A DNA stretch of 64,000 bases from Acidimicrobiia bacterium (lineage in GTDB: Bacteria > Actinomycetota > Acidimicrobiia > Spongiisociales > ZC4RG35). Below, one piece after another: positions 52,649 through 61,714 of this stretch. The notes beneath the pieces are model-generated. The model saw only the letters and a program-made list of their open reading frames with translations, was not told the DNA's origin and did no database searches. Location: NCBI GenBank assembly GCA_035620735.1, contig DASPGH010000125.1, positions 30,135 to 94,134 of the forward strand. Reading direction: 5' to 3'. The position numbers and the translations under genes were made by a program. How positions within the stretch are numbered: the first letter of the stretch is position 1; every line of letters begins with the position of its first letter.

Positions 52649-53719
52649 ATGCCGATCGAGAACCCCGAGCAGCTACGCGAGCACATCGAGCTGGCCATCC
52701 GCGTGGAGTTGGCCACCATCCCCCCTTATCTGTTCGCCATGTACTCCATTGAAGACCAGTCGTCCAGCGCCGCCCTCCTCATCAGGAGCATCGTCGCCGA
52801 GGAGATGCTCCACGCCGCACTCGCCACCAATCTCCTCCTCGCGGTCGGCGGTACACCTCGATATGCCGGACCCGACTACATGCCCGCCTACCCGATGGAT
52901 CTTCCTCACCATCGGCCCCCGCTGAGACTCGACCTGGCGCCTTGCTCGCCACAGACCATCGAGGACGTGTTCATGCGGATCGAACAACCCCAGATCCATG
53001 GGGCACCGCCTGAGCCGGACGAGTTCGAGTCTCTCGGGCAGTTCTATCACGCTTTGGAGATCGGTCTCGAGCTCGTCAACGATCGGTTCGACGTCTTCTC
53101 CGATCCCCAGGCCGCCTCGCAGATGTCCAATCCTTCCTACTACAACCCGGTGACCTTCGACGTGGTGGAGAGCGGTGGTCTGTTGCTCATCAGCGATCTG
53201 GAGTCGGCGGTAGCGGCAATCGAGATCATCATCCATCAGGGGGAGGGTCTCAGCGACGCACGCTGGGCCGACCCCAGCCACCAGGAGCTGACCCACTTCC
53301 ACAAGCTGTCTCAAATTCACGATGGGAAGAGCCCGCTCGGGACGGTCAGGCCATTGCGCCGCAATGCGAAGTCGGCCGAATTTCCCGACGAGGTCAGGGT
53401 GGCCTCCGACCTGTTCAACGCCTTGTATCGAGGCTTGTACCTGACCTTGCATCGGATATTCGCCGGCGAGCCGGAACAGCCCAAGGCAATCGGTCTCCTG
53501 TATTTGTTGATGGGCGATCTGATGTCCCGGACTGCTCACTTCCTCGTCGAACAGGAATTGGACGACGGGACTCGTGCCGCACCGACGTTCGAGTACTACG
53601 AGTTCGAAGGGGATTCGCCCCTCGAAGAGATCCGCGTTCTGGCAGATCGCGCCGCCTCACACGAACCCGATCTGACATCGGTGCGAGACGCCATCGAGGG
53701 CTTGAGCCTGATTCTCTGA
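52649..53719 (+). CDS. Ferritin-like domain protein (function unknown)
   Basis: ORF 52634..53719; start ATG 52649 behind GGAGG. ..HIELAIRVELATIPPYLFAMYSI.. and ..VAEEMLHAALATNLL.. resemble the ferritin-like four-helix family. Confidence 0.6.
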   Translation: MPIENPEQLREHIELAIRVELATIPPYLFAMYSIEDQSSSAALLIRSIVAEEMLHAALATNLLLAVGGTPRYAGPDYMPAYPMDLPHHRPPLRLDLAPCSPQTIEDVFMRIEQPQIHGAPPEPDEFESLGQFYHALEIGLELVNDRFDVFSDPQAASQMSNPSYYNPVTFDVVESGGLLLISDLESAVAAIEIIIHQGEGLSDARWADPSHQELTHFHKLSQIHDGKSPLGTVRPLRRNAKSAEFPDEVRVASDLFNALYRGLYLTLHRIFAGEPEQPKAIGLLYLLMGDLMSRTAHFLVEQELDDGTRAAPTFEYYEFEGDSPLEEIRVLADRAASHEPDLTSVRDAIEGLSLIL

Positions 53720-53733
53720 AGTAGTAGCCCCAC

Positions 53734-54195
53734 TCAGCCGGAGCCGAGCCGGAAGACCATGGCGAACTCGGCGAAGACCAACAACGCCGTCATCAGCAGA
53801 CCGCCGTTGGCGACTCTCTTCATCGAAGCGCCCACCGTCGGCATGTCCCCGGTCTCCAACGCGGTGAGAGCCCGCTGCATGTTCGGTGCGCTCCAACCGA
53901 TGCCGACAGAGAGCACGACCACGAAAACGCCGATTCCGATCCAGACGAAAGCGTCGCCCCAGCTCCATGCGTCCTCGGTCAGAACCATCACGATGCCGGT
54001 CAAGAGTGTGAGAATGGCCGCTGGCGATATCACCCGCGAGATGGCATCGAGCGCCACCTGCACCCATCCGGCAACTGCCGCCCCGCCGATGGCCCTGAAC
54101 CTGGGGCCGGCGTACATGAAGAAGACTGCGGTGCCGATCCACACCGCCGCCGAGAGAATGTGGATCGTCAGAATCGTTCCATCCAATTCCATCAC
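53734..54195 (-). CDS. Integral membrane protein (4 predicted TM), function unknown
   Basis: 153 aa with four long hydrophobic stretches. Coherent codon usage, unlike the overlapping shadow ORFs. Confidence 0.55.
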   Translation of the reverse strand: MMELDGTILTIHILSAAVWIGTAVFFMYAGPRFRAIGGAAVAGWVQVALDAISRVISPAAILTLLTGIVMVLTEDAWSWGDAFVWIGIGVFVVVLSVGIGWSAPNMQRALTALETGDMPTVGASMKRVANGGLLMTALLVFAEFAMVFRLGSG

Positions 54196-54261
54196 CTTCC
54201 TCGGAGATCGCAGCCAAAGCTAGCGAGGCCGCTTCCCGGCGGGTCGGCCTACCCTGGACGG

Positions 54262-54585
54262 ATGAGCCCCGAAGAGGTGAGAAGTCTCCTCGACGAGCGC
54301 CGCAGCCTTCTGTCCGTCGAGCTGGATCGACTAACCGCACCGCCGTCGGACACCGCGTCGGTCTCGTTCGGCAAACGCGTGGGCGACGGAACCACCGAAG
54401 CGGTGGAGAGGCTGGCAACCACGGCGACGGCCCGCTCGATAGCAGCGTCGATCTCCGAGATCGACCACGCCCTGCGCAGACTCGATACTGGCGACTACGG
54501 GAAATGCGAGAGGTGTGGCGCCGACATCCCCTCGGAGCGTCTCGAAGTGAGGCCGGCCGCGAGCACCTGCGTCGACTGTGCCTGA
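54262..54585 (+). CDS. DksA/TraR-family C4 zinc-finger protein
   Basis: ORF 54160..54585; start ATG 54262 (MSPEEVRSLL..). C-terminal CERCGADIPSERLEVRPAASTCVDC (CxxC-N17-CxxC). Confidence 0.75.
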   Translation: MSPEEVRSLLDERRSLLSVELDRLTAPPSDTASVSFGKRVGDGTTEAVERLATTATARSIAASISEIDHALRRLDTGDYGKCERCGADIPSERLEVRPAASTCVDCA

Positions 54586-54595
54586 CTCGACCCTC

Positions 54596-55183
54596 TCAGC
54601 CGGGGTTGATCGCCGACACGACGAAGTACTCGTGTCGCCAGCCGGTCTTCACGGAGTCGGTCCGTGCATCGGCGTAGCCGAGCTCGCCGAGCCTCTCCAT
54701 CAGCAACCTCGTGTCAGAGGGGCCGAGCCCGTGCCCGTCCTCACCTTCGCCGATCTTGCCTTCCATCACGTGGAGACGGCCGCCCGGAGCGAGGACCCGT
54801 CGTATCTCGTGGAGGCCTCCGTCGCGGTCGGCCCAGTGATGAAAGGATGCGACGTTGACCGCCACCGTGAAAGCGTCGTCGTCAAAAGGGATCTCTTCGG
54901 CCGAGCCCACTCTCACATCGGCTCCGGGTGCTCGCCTGGATGCCCGCTCCACCATCGACGGGCTGGGGTCGATCCCTGCCGCCACGGCTCCGGCCTTGAC
55001 CGCTTCGATCAGCGCAGCTCCCGGTCCGCAGCCAACGTCGAGGAAACGATCGCCCTGACCCACCTTCGCAAAGTCGACGATCGCCGTGTTGCTCTTCGGG
55101 TGACGATGGAACAGCGTGTAGAACCAAACCTTCAGGGGTGACCATCGCTCGATTTCGTGCTCATGACTGGGGTCGTGGCTCAT
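54596..55183 (-). CDS. Class I SAM-dependent methyltransferase
   Basis: ORF 54596..55423; likely start ATG 55183 (MSHDPSHEHEIE..). Motif I FLDVGCGPGAA and ..LAPGGRLHV.. are present. Confidence 0.75.
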   Translation of the reverse strand: MSHDPSHEHEIERWSPLKVWFYTLFHRHPKSNTAIVDFAKVGQGDRFLDVGCGPGAALIEAVKAGAVAAGIDPSPSMVERASRRAPGADVRVGSAEEIPFDDDAFTVAVNVASFHHWADRDGGLHEIRRVLAPGGRLHVMEGKIGEGEDGHGLGPSDTRLLMERLGELGYADARTDSVKTGWRHEYFVVSAINPG

Positions 55184-55296
55184 CCTGGGGGAGGGTAGAT
55201 GTCGTGCGCAGAGAGGTGACTTTCGCCTCTGGTCCGGGGATTCGAGGAGCTCGATCATCGTAGTGTCGGACACGAGAAGACGATTGGAGGCATTCG

Positions 55297-55773
55297 ATGA
55301 CCGACACATCGACAACCGAGGTTCGCCTCCCGGAGGACGTTCCACCGAAATGGGCCAACTCGTTGATGAAGTGGGCTCTGACCGCACCGGGGTTGGAACG
55401 CATGATCGGCCAGGGGGTGGCACTACTCACGTTCACCGGCCACAAGACAGGTCAGAAGTACACGATCCCGGTGAGCTACCAACGTGATGACGACACCGTC
55501 ACCATCATCACGAAGAGAGTTCGCAACTGGTGGCGCAACTTCGAGACACCCGCCGAGGTCGAGCTCCGAATCGCCGGCCGTGAGTATCACGGCAAGGCCG
55601 AGATCACCCTCGACGACGAGGCAAATCTCGATTTCATGACCGAGTACCTGGCTGACCGGCCGATCGACGCCAAGGCCTATGGGTTGACGAAGACCGAGCT
55701 CACCAGAGAGAAGGTGGCGCCCATAATCCCCCACATCGTGGTGATCAGGGTCCACATGGCACCGACCGGCTGA
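55297..55773 (+). CDS. Deazaflavin(F420)-dependent nitroreductase/quinone-reductase-family protein (split beta-barrel)
   Basis: 158 aa. ..LLTFTGHKTGQKYTIPVSYQRDDDTVTIITK..WWRNF..PAEVELRIAGRE.. fits the DUF385/Ddn-like pattern, judged by eye. Confidence 0.55.
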   Translation: MTDTSTTEVRLPEDVPPKWANSLMKWALTAPGLERMIGQGVALLTFTGHKTGQKYTIPVSYQRDDDTVTIITKRVRNWWRNFETPAEVELRIAGREYHGKAEITLDDEANLDFMTEYLADRPIDAKAYGLTKTELTREKVAPIIPHIVVIRVHMAPTG

Positions 55774-55816
55774 CCGGGGGCCGTCGCCGGAGCCTTGACT
55801 AACTTCACCGGCTCCG

Positions 55817-57085
55817 ATGAGCGAACTTCCTGGCAGAGAAAGATGGGCGGGCAACTTGCGTCGCTGGCCGACGTGGCTTGGGCGCATGGTCGACTTCGCC
55901 GTCCTCCCCGAAGACCGACCCGACCTGGTCAGGACCAAACGTCTCTTCACGGCGGCGATGTGGGTCTCGATCGGAACTTCATCCCTATCGGTCTATCAGC
56001 TGTATGTCGCAGACGTTCCCTGGGCCGCGGTGGCCGTGAGCACCCCAATCGTGGCCGCGGTCATCTCACTGGTGGCGATGAGGGTGGACCCGTCGAATTT
56101 CCCTGGCGTCATGCACCTGATCGCGGGGGCCACTCTCGGCACGACCGCAGTGATGATCGTCCTCTTCGGAGGTGTCCTCGAGTCGGCCAGCAACACCTCG
56201 TGGAGCATCCTGGCGGTCATCGGCGCCGTTGCCCTCTTTGCCGATCGCCGAGCCCACATATGGCTTGGTGTGTTCGTCGTCTCCACGATCGGGGCGTTTC
56301 TGGTGACCCGTGTCGTCGAACCGCTCTATGTGCTTCCGACGCAGGCCTATTTCGCTCTCTTCAACACCCTGGCGGTCGCGGTGTTCGTATACGGGATCCT
56401 GTACTACTTCGTCCGGCAATCGGCGCGCCTCTACAACCAGTCGGAGTCTCTGCTGCGCAACATCCTCCCGGGACCGATCGCCGAACGTCTCAAACATTCC
56501 AGCGCAATGATCGCCGACGAGTTCGAATCGGCGTCGATCCTGTTCGCCGATGTCGCCGGTTTCACTCCTATGGCCGCCTCGATGGAGCCCACCCAGGTGG
56601 TCGAGTTGCTCAACGACGTTTTCACAGCCTTCGACGGCATGGTCATCGAGCGCGGACTCGAGAAGATCAAGACCATCGGCGATGCCTACATGGTCGCTGC
56701 TGGGGTTCCCGTGCCCCGTGACGATCACGCCAGAGTCATCTGCGACCTGGCCCTGGTCATGCAGGATTATCTGAGCGGCCACGAATTCATCGGCCACGAT
56801 TTGAAGATGAGGATCGGCATCGCCTCGGGCCCGGTGATGGCAGGGATCATCGGGCATCAGAAGTTCAGTTATGACCTCTGGGGTGACACGGTGAACCTGG
56901 CCAGCAGGATGGAGACCTCAGGAGTGCCTGGTCGGATACAGCTCGCCGAAGGCACCTGTCGGTTGGTGCAGGATTGGTTCGAATGCGAGGAGCGGGGAGC
57001 GGTCGAAATCAAAGGCAAAGGACCCACCGTCACCTGGTTCCTCGTTCGAGAGCGCAGCGCCCGATCAAACGTTCCAGCCAAATAG
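55817..57085 (+). CDS. Membrane-anchored class III adenylate cyclase (6 TM + catalytic domain)
   Basis: 422 aa. N-terminal ~200 aa hydrophobic. Canonical motifs ILFADVAGFT, IKTIGDAYMVAAG, GIASGPVMAG and WGDTVNLASRME. Confidence 0.88.
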   Translation: MSELPGRERWAGNLRRWPTWLGRMVDFAVLPEDRPDLVRTKRLFTAAMWVSIGTSSLSVYQLYVADVPWAAVAVSTPIVAAVISLVAMRVDPSNFPGVMHLIAGATLGTTAVMIVLFGGVLESASNTSWSILAVIGAVALFADRRAHIWLGVFVVSTIGAFLVTRVVEPLYVLPTQAYFALFNTLAVAVFVYGILYYFVRQSARLYNQSESLLRNILPGPIAERLKHSSAMIADEFESASILFADVAGFTPMAASMEPTQVVELLNDVFTAFDGMVIERGLEKIKTIGDAYMVAAGVPVPRDDHARVICDLALVMQDYLSGHEFIGHDLKMRIGIASGPVMAGIIGHQKFSYDLWGDTVNLASRMETSGVPGRIQLAEGTCRLVQDWFECEERGAVEIKGKGPTVTWFLVRERSARSNVPAK

Positions 57086-57160
57086 AGCCATTCGGCACTG
57101 CCACCGTGAGACCGGGCGACTCAGTCTCACTACAGGAGTGATATTCGAGAAAGGATCGAA

Positions 57161-57898
57161 ATGAGCACGCTTGGTTGGGGTCGGGGACGCAAGCTGGGGC
57201 GGGTCGCTCTGGTGGCATTCGCGTCGCTGGCACTCGTGGGTTGCGTCAACGGATTGATCGGGATTCGAGGTTCGGGCAACACAACCACGGAGACCCGGGA
57301 CGTCGACGGCTTCACCGAGATCGTCCTGGAGGGCAGTGGCGAGGTGAACATCGAGATTGGAGAGGCCGAAGCCCTCACCATCGAAGCCGAGGACAACCTG
57401 ATCTCCCGTCTCTCCTCAGATGTCGAGAACGGACGTCTGGTGCTAGGCACCACAGGTTCCATATCTCCCACACGCGGCATCGTCTACACCATCACGGCCA
57501 CAGAGTTGGACGGGATCACCGTGAGCGGGAGTGGCGACGTCGCGGTGGCCGATGCAACAGCTTCGACCTTCACGACGAACATCGACGGGTCGGGCAAGGT
57601 CGACCTGGCCAACCTGACGGCCGACCGTCTGGAGGTGACCATCTCCGGTTCGGGTGATGTCGACGTCACAGGGACTTCTGATGAGCTCTTCGTGGAGATA
57701 CCCGGTTCGGGAGACTTCGATGGAGTGGGTCTCGAGTCCTCGACCGGTGACGTGTCGATCTCGGGGTCCGGAGTAGCTGTGGTCAACGTCGCCGACACCC
57801 TGAACGCCACCGTATCTGGCTCGGGTGACATCGAGTACCTCGGTTCTCCCGCCGTGAGCTCGACCATCTCCGGTTCGGGAACGATCACACAAGGCTGA
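57161..57898 (+). CDS. Lipoprotein with GIN-domain / DUF2807-type beta-helix repeats
   Basis: 245 aa. Lipobox LALVGC and repeated [VI]SGSGD[VI] units. Confidence 0.7.
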   Translation: MSTLGWGRGRKLGRVALVAFASLALVGCVNGLIGIRGSGNTTTETRDVDGFTEIVLEGSGEVNIEIGEAEALTIEAEDNLISRLSSDVENGRLVLGTTGSISPTRGIVYTITATELDGITVSGSGDVAVADATASTFTTNIDGSGKVDLANLTADRLEVTISGSGDVDVTGTSDELFVEIPGSGDFDGVGLESSTGDVSISGSGVAVVNVADTLNATVSGSGDIEYLGSPAVSSTISGSGTITQG

Positions 57899-57905
57899 GA
57901 TCGGA

Positions 57906-58361
57906 TCATCCGCCCAGTGTTTCGCAGCGGTCCGGTGATGCGTATCGGGCGCACTCGTCGGGCAGGAAGGCGCGGGTGAGCAGCTCGCCGGCCAGTTGGC
58001 GGAGTTGGTACGGATCCACCGGCATCCGAAAAATGCTGAGCCCATCCGGATAGAGCAGTTCGCTCCCATCGGGAGAGAAACGCACCACAGGAATCTCGAC
58101 GTCCGACTCGAACTCGAGGATCAGATCGCCGGTGTGGGTGTCCCAGAGCCGCACCATCCCGCCGAATCCGGCCGTGCCCACGACGCCGTCGTCGTTCATG
58201 GCTGGTCCCGGGGCTGCCCCGGTGTGCGCCCGACGGTTGAACACGAGCGCATCGGACATTTCCTCTCCTGCGACGACCCGTTCCAGGTCTGCGACCCAAA
58301 CCGAGCCTTCGGTACTCCCGCCGACGAGAAATCTCCCGCTGGGGTCGAAGGACACGAGCAT
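57906..58361 (-). pseudogene. C-terminal fragment of a WD40/beta-propeller protein
   Basis: ..FDPSGRFLVGGSTEGSVWV.., ..GMVRLWDTHTGD.. and ..VRFSPDGSELL.. are WD40-like blades. The frame is open upstream only to an in-frame TGA at 58416-58418, and no N-terminal propeller part or domain precedes it. Confidence 0.45.
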
Positions 58362-58404
58362 GATGTACCCGAACTCGCCGTGAGCGGGGAGAGGAGAAAC
58401 ATCA

Positions 58405-58437
58405 GGGAAGGGGCCTCAGGGTCCCCTCCCTGTTTTT
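58405..58437 (+). terminator. Intrinsic-terminator-like hairpin with T-run on the plus strand
   Basis: GGGAAGGGGCC-TCAG-GGTCCCCTCCC (one mismatch, one G-U) followed by TGTTTTTCG. It lies between the WD40 remnant and the RBS of the 58527 gene. Confidence 0.5.
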
Positions 58438-58526
58438 CGTCCCAGGTCGACCGAGCCGTTGAACGTCCAGGTGGCGTCGACGTATCTGACGATGGCTTCT
58501 CGGCTCTTTCAGGTGAAGGAGCAGAA

Positions 58527-58820
58527 ATGGTGACTTTCGATTTCGATCCAACCGATGGCCCGCACATCGCCTCAGAATTGAGCGATCAGGAACTGGACTT
58601 TCTCCAACAGGTCGTGGCGATCGAGCTTGCGATCAGGATGGACGCGACCTCCTATCAGGTGCGGTTCCACAAAATCGCCGAACACCGGGTCGAGATGGAT
58701 GAGATGGTTTGTGATTGGCGTCGACAGCGCGACCGGATGAGGTTCGTCGAGTCGGTCACCGCGGATCTAGATAGTTTGGTGGTGCTCGAAGAGCACCGAG
58801 GTGGCCCAGCTCGGCCCTAG
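58527..58820 (+). CDS. Small hypothetical protein (97 aa)
   Basis: This is the 3' third of ORF 57996..58820. ATG 58527 lies 6 nt behind AAGGAG. Acidic, helical-looking sequence with no recognisable domain. 4-nt convergent overlap with the DUF72 gene. Confidence 0.5.
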   Translation: MVTFDFDPTDGPHIASELSDQELDFLQQVVAIELAIRMDATSYQVRFHKIAEHRVEMDEMVCDWRRQRDRMRFVESVTADLDSLVVLEEHRGGPARP

Positions 58821-59719
58821 AACACTTCGAGCAGGTCTATCAGGCTTGTCGCCGATCGAATGCCGTAATCGGAATAGCAGTTGTTCATGAGGGCATGGAC
58901 CGAATCGGCGCTCTCGGCCAATGTCTCGATCCGGGGGACCCACTCCTCCAACTCTTCCTTTGGGTAGTCATAGCGGAACCGCTCCGCCGCAGAGATGCCC
59001 TTCTTCTCCCAGTTGTCGGCGTTGCGGCCATGGAAACGAACCTCGGCCACGGGTGCGGTGACCGCCACCACCGGAGGGACGGAGCTCTTGAAACCTTGGG
59101 GCTCATCGACGCACACGTAGGCGAGGGAATGACGTTCCAGGAAGTCGAGGGTGTCGCTCATGTTCTCGTCGTCGAGCCAACGGCCGTTTCGGAACTCCAC
59201 CGCCAGTTGGAAGTCCTCGAGTTCGGCGGCAACCCACTTCAAATATCCGAACGACCCCCTCGTGGGGTACACATAGGGTGGTAGCTGGAAGAGCACGACA
59301 CCCAGTTTTCCCGCCGAATGGAGCGGCATCAGCGCCTCCCGAAACGCCTGGGCAGCCTCGGACTGGAGATCCCGGGGGAGGTTGCGCATGTAGACGTTCT
59401 TCGTCTCCGACTGATCGGCGGGGAGCTTCTCTCTTATTCCTTTCCACAGCGATTTCGGAGGGGTGGGATGTTGGGTGAGCAGTCGGAAAGCCTTGACATC
59501 GAAGGTGAAGTGGTCGGGCGTGCGCTCCACCCAGAGGCCGGCAACCCTCTCCGAGGGTGGTGCGTAGTAGGTGGAATCGACCTCGACGATGGGGAAGTGC
59601 TCTGCGTAGAAGCCCAACCGCTCCTCAGCCGTCATGTTGGTGTCGGGGTAGAAGTCAGTTGTCGCGGTAAGTGTCGGGTCTGTCCACGAGCAGGTTCCGA
59701 TCTCGATCGTTGCCGTCAT
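58817..59719 (-). CDS. DUF72 (YecE-like) family protein
   Basis: 300 aa. ..IGTCSWTD..FYP..ERLGFYAEHFPIVEVDSTYY.. and ..VLFQLPP.. are DUF72 hallmarks. Confidence 0.8.
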   Translation of the reverse strand: MTATIEIGTCSWTDPTLTATTDFYPDTNMTAEERLGFYAEHFPIVEVDSTYYAPPSERVAGLWVERTPDHFTFDVKAFRLLTQHPTPPKSLWKGIREKLPADQSETKNVYMRNLPRDLQSEAAQAFREALMPLHSAGKLGVVLFQLPPYVYPTRGSFGYLKWVAAELEDFQLAVEFRNGRWLDDENMSDTLDFLERHSLAYVCVDEPQGFKSSVPPVVAVTAPVAEVRFHGRNADNWEKKGISAAERFRYDYPKEELEEWVPRIETLAESADSVHALMNNCYSDYGIRSATSLIDLLEVF

Positions 59720-59828
59720 CGACTTCGAGCCTACGGATCAATGTGGACATATCCGGTCACCGTCTCGGGAACATGATGGGATCCCGCTAGCTTTGAGCCG
59801 AGGTTGCAGTTCGAGAGAGAGGAAGACC

Positions 59829-61364
59829 ATGGCCAATGCAGACGCCGTGGTCATCTCGACAGGCCTGCTCACACTCGACGACGTCCTTTTGGTGGCGGAT
59901 GGTGCTCGGGTCGAGCTCTCCTCGGAAGCCGTCGAGGTCATGCAGCGAAGCCGCTCGACCGTCGATGAGGCCATCGCCCGGGGAGACGCCATCTATGGCG
60001 TTACGACCGGTGTCGGACATGCCCGTGACCATCGTCTTCCCGACCAAGAGTTGGTGGCGATGCAGCCATTCCTGGTGGAGATGCATCTCGGGGCCATAGG
60101 CGAGCGTCTTCCCACCGATGTCGTCCGCGCCGGGATGCTGGCACGTCTCAACGGTTTCGCCAGGGGAGGTGCCGGAGTCTCGTTGGAGGTTGCCATGGCT
60201 CTCGAGGCGATGCTGAACAACGGGATACACCCCTTCATCCCGCGCTCGGGCTCGGTTGGAGCCGGAGACCTCGGCCAGCTCGCCCTCCTCGGGCGGGCGA
60301 TGCTGGGGCGGGGCGATGTCGAGTGGAGGGGTCGGCAGGTACAGGCGGCCGAGGCCCTGCGGGAGAGTGGCATCGAACCGGTGTCACTGCAGCCCAAAGA
60401 CGGCCTCGCAATCATCTCGTCCAATGCCCTCACCGTGGGTCACGGGGTGTCACTCTGGCGTCGTATAGCCGGGCTGCTCGATCTCGCCGACTTGGTGGCG
60501 GCCACGTCGATGGAGGCGATCTCGGCCAACCCTTCTTTCTTCGAGGCTGCGGTGGCGGCGACGCGGGCGAGCCTCGGTCAGGAAACGACGTCGCGAAACC
60601 TGAGGGATGCGACGTCTGGCAGCTCGCGCATCGACCCCGAGACCGCTTCAGTCCAGGACCCGATCAGCTTTCGTGTGGTGCCTCAGGTCCACGGGGCCTG
60701 TCGTGATGGGCTGACTGTGTTCGAGGGTGATCTGGTCAAGGAGCTCAACGCTGCGGCGGACAACCCGTTCGTCGATGCCGGATCTGGGCGGATCCTGTCG
60801 AATGGCAACTTCCACCCGATGAACGTCGCCCTCTCGGCCGAGTCGATGAAGCTGGCATTGGCGCATGTCGGAATGCTGTCCGAGCGGAGATCCGGGCAGT
60901 TGTGGGACAGCGTCGTCGCCTCCATGGGGGAGGTCGCAGGAGGTGGGTCCCCGGAAGGCAGGCCTCCCGGCGAAGAGGTGCCTCCATTCCTCGCCGGTCT
61001 GGCTCTACGCTATCCGATCGCAGCCCGCTACACCCGTCTCCGTCAGGTCGCTCAGCCCGTGACGCTCGACGTGCCGACGCTCGACCTCTCAGTCGAGGAC
61101 CACGCAACCAACGGCGCCGAGGTTCTCGAGACTCTGCAGGAGGTGATCGGTCTGGTCATGGAAATCCTCGCCGTGGAGCTCCTACTGGCGTATGCCCGCC
61201 TCTTCACCTCCCCCGGAGCGGGGCCCTTGGGATCCAGGACAGGGGAGTTGGTAGATCGGCTGGCCACGACCCTGACCGGTCTCCGGCCGGGAACCCTCCC
61301 CGACGAGACTCATAGGGTGGTCATCGACCTTCTCGGCTCGACATCCGGCTTCGACAGGCGGTAG
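59829..61364 (+). CDS. Histidine/aromatic-amino-acid ammonia-lyase family protein with a degenerate MIO motif
   Basis: ORF 59793..61364; start ATG 59829 (GAGGAAG upstream). ..AIYGVTTGVGHA.. keeps the catalytic Tyr loop. The cofactor loop reads GSVGAGDLGQLA (60249-60284) instead of the canonical GSxGASGDLAPL. Confidence 0.8.
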   Translation: MANADAVVISTGLLTLDDVLLVADGARVELSSEAVEVMQRSRSTVDEAIARGDAIYGVTTGVGHARDHRLPDQELVAMQPFLVEMHLGAIGERLPTDVVRAGMLARLNGFARGGAGVSLEVAMALEAMLNNGIHPFIPRSGSVGAGDLGQLALLGRAMLGRGDVEWRGRQVQAAEALRESGIEPVSLQPKDGLAIISSNALTVGHGVSLWRRIAGLLDLADLVAATSMEAISANPSFFEAAVAATRASLGQETTSRNLRDATSGSSRIDPETASVQDPISFRVVPQVHGACRDGLTVFEGDLVKELNAAADNPFVDAGSGRILSNGNFHPMNVALSAESMKLALAHVGMLSERRSGQLWDSVVASMGEVAGGGSPEGRPPGEEVPPFLAGLALRYPIAARYTRLRQVAQPVTLDVPTLDLSVEDHATNGAEVLETLQEVIGLVMEILAVELLLAYARLFTSPGAGPLGSRTGELVDRLATTLTGLRPGTLPDETHRVVIDLLGSTSGFDRR

Positions 61365-61366
61365 CA

Positions 61367-61708
61367 GTGAGAGATCGAAGCGGCTGGATCGAGATATTTC
61401 GCGCTCTGCACACGTCCACGCCCGCAGCGTCTAGTTTCGTCCCTTCCCTGCGGAGACAGGTGGTCATGGCGACACTTGGTGCAGAGTTCGAAGCGGCTCA
61501 GCTGGCCGCCGAGGCGCGCGCCTTGGGTGCCGATTTGTACGCCCAGGCATCGAAGATCTCCCCACAGACGGTCGACGCTGTGGCGGCTGTCCTCTTTGCC
61601 CTCGACCACACGTCCAAGGGCCGGCTGCCCGGCGAGATCGCCGCAGAGTTCTCACGTCAGATGATGGCCGACGCCGCACTCCGGCACCGCGACCGCATCA
61701 CTTATTGA
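61367..61708 (+). CDS. Hypothetical protein (start uncertain: GTG 61367 or ATG 61466)
   Basis: The ORF begins 2 nt after the HAL-like stop. The C-terminal 80 aa (MATLGAEFEAAQLAAEARALGADLY..) look helical. No domain recognised. Confidence 0.35.
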   Translation: MRDRSGWIEIFRALHTSTPAASSFVPSLRRQVVMATLGAEFEAAQLAAEARALGADLYAQASKISPQTVDAVAAVLFALDHTSKGRLPGEIAAEFSRQMMADAALRHRDRITY

Positions 61709-61714
61709 CCCGGC

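Noticed and set aside
58405-58437. In-frame TGA plus hairpin in the WD40-like frame as a selenocysteine recoding (SECIS) site
   Set aside because: The UGA sits in the loop of the hairpin rather than a few nucleotides upstream of it. The upstream open frame is only about 29 codons with no start codon. No selA/selB/selD or tRNA-Sec is in the window. A truncated gene plus a plus-strand terminator explains it better.
57996-58820. The full 274-aa ORF as one gene
   Set aside because: Its first ~175 codons are antisense to the WD40-like frame and look like shadow sequence. A strong AAGGAG-N6-ATG at 58527 defines a plausible 97-aa product instead.
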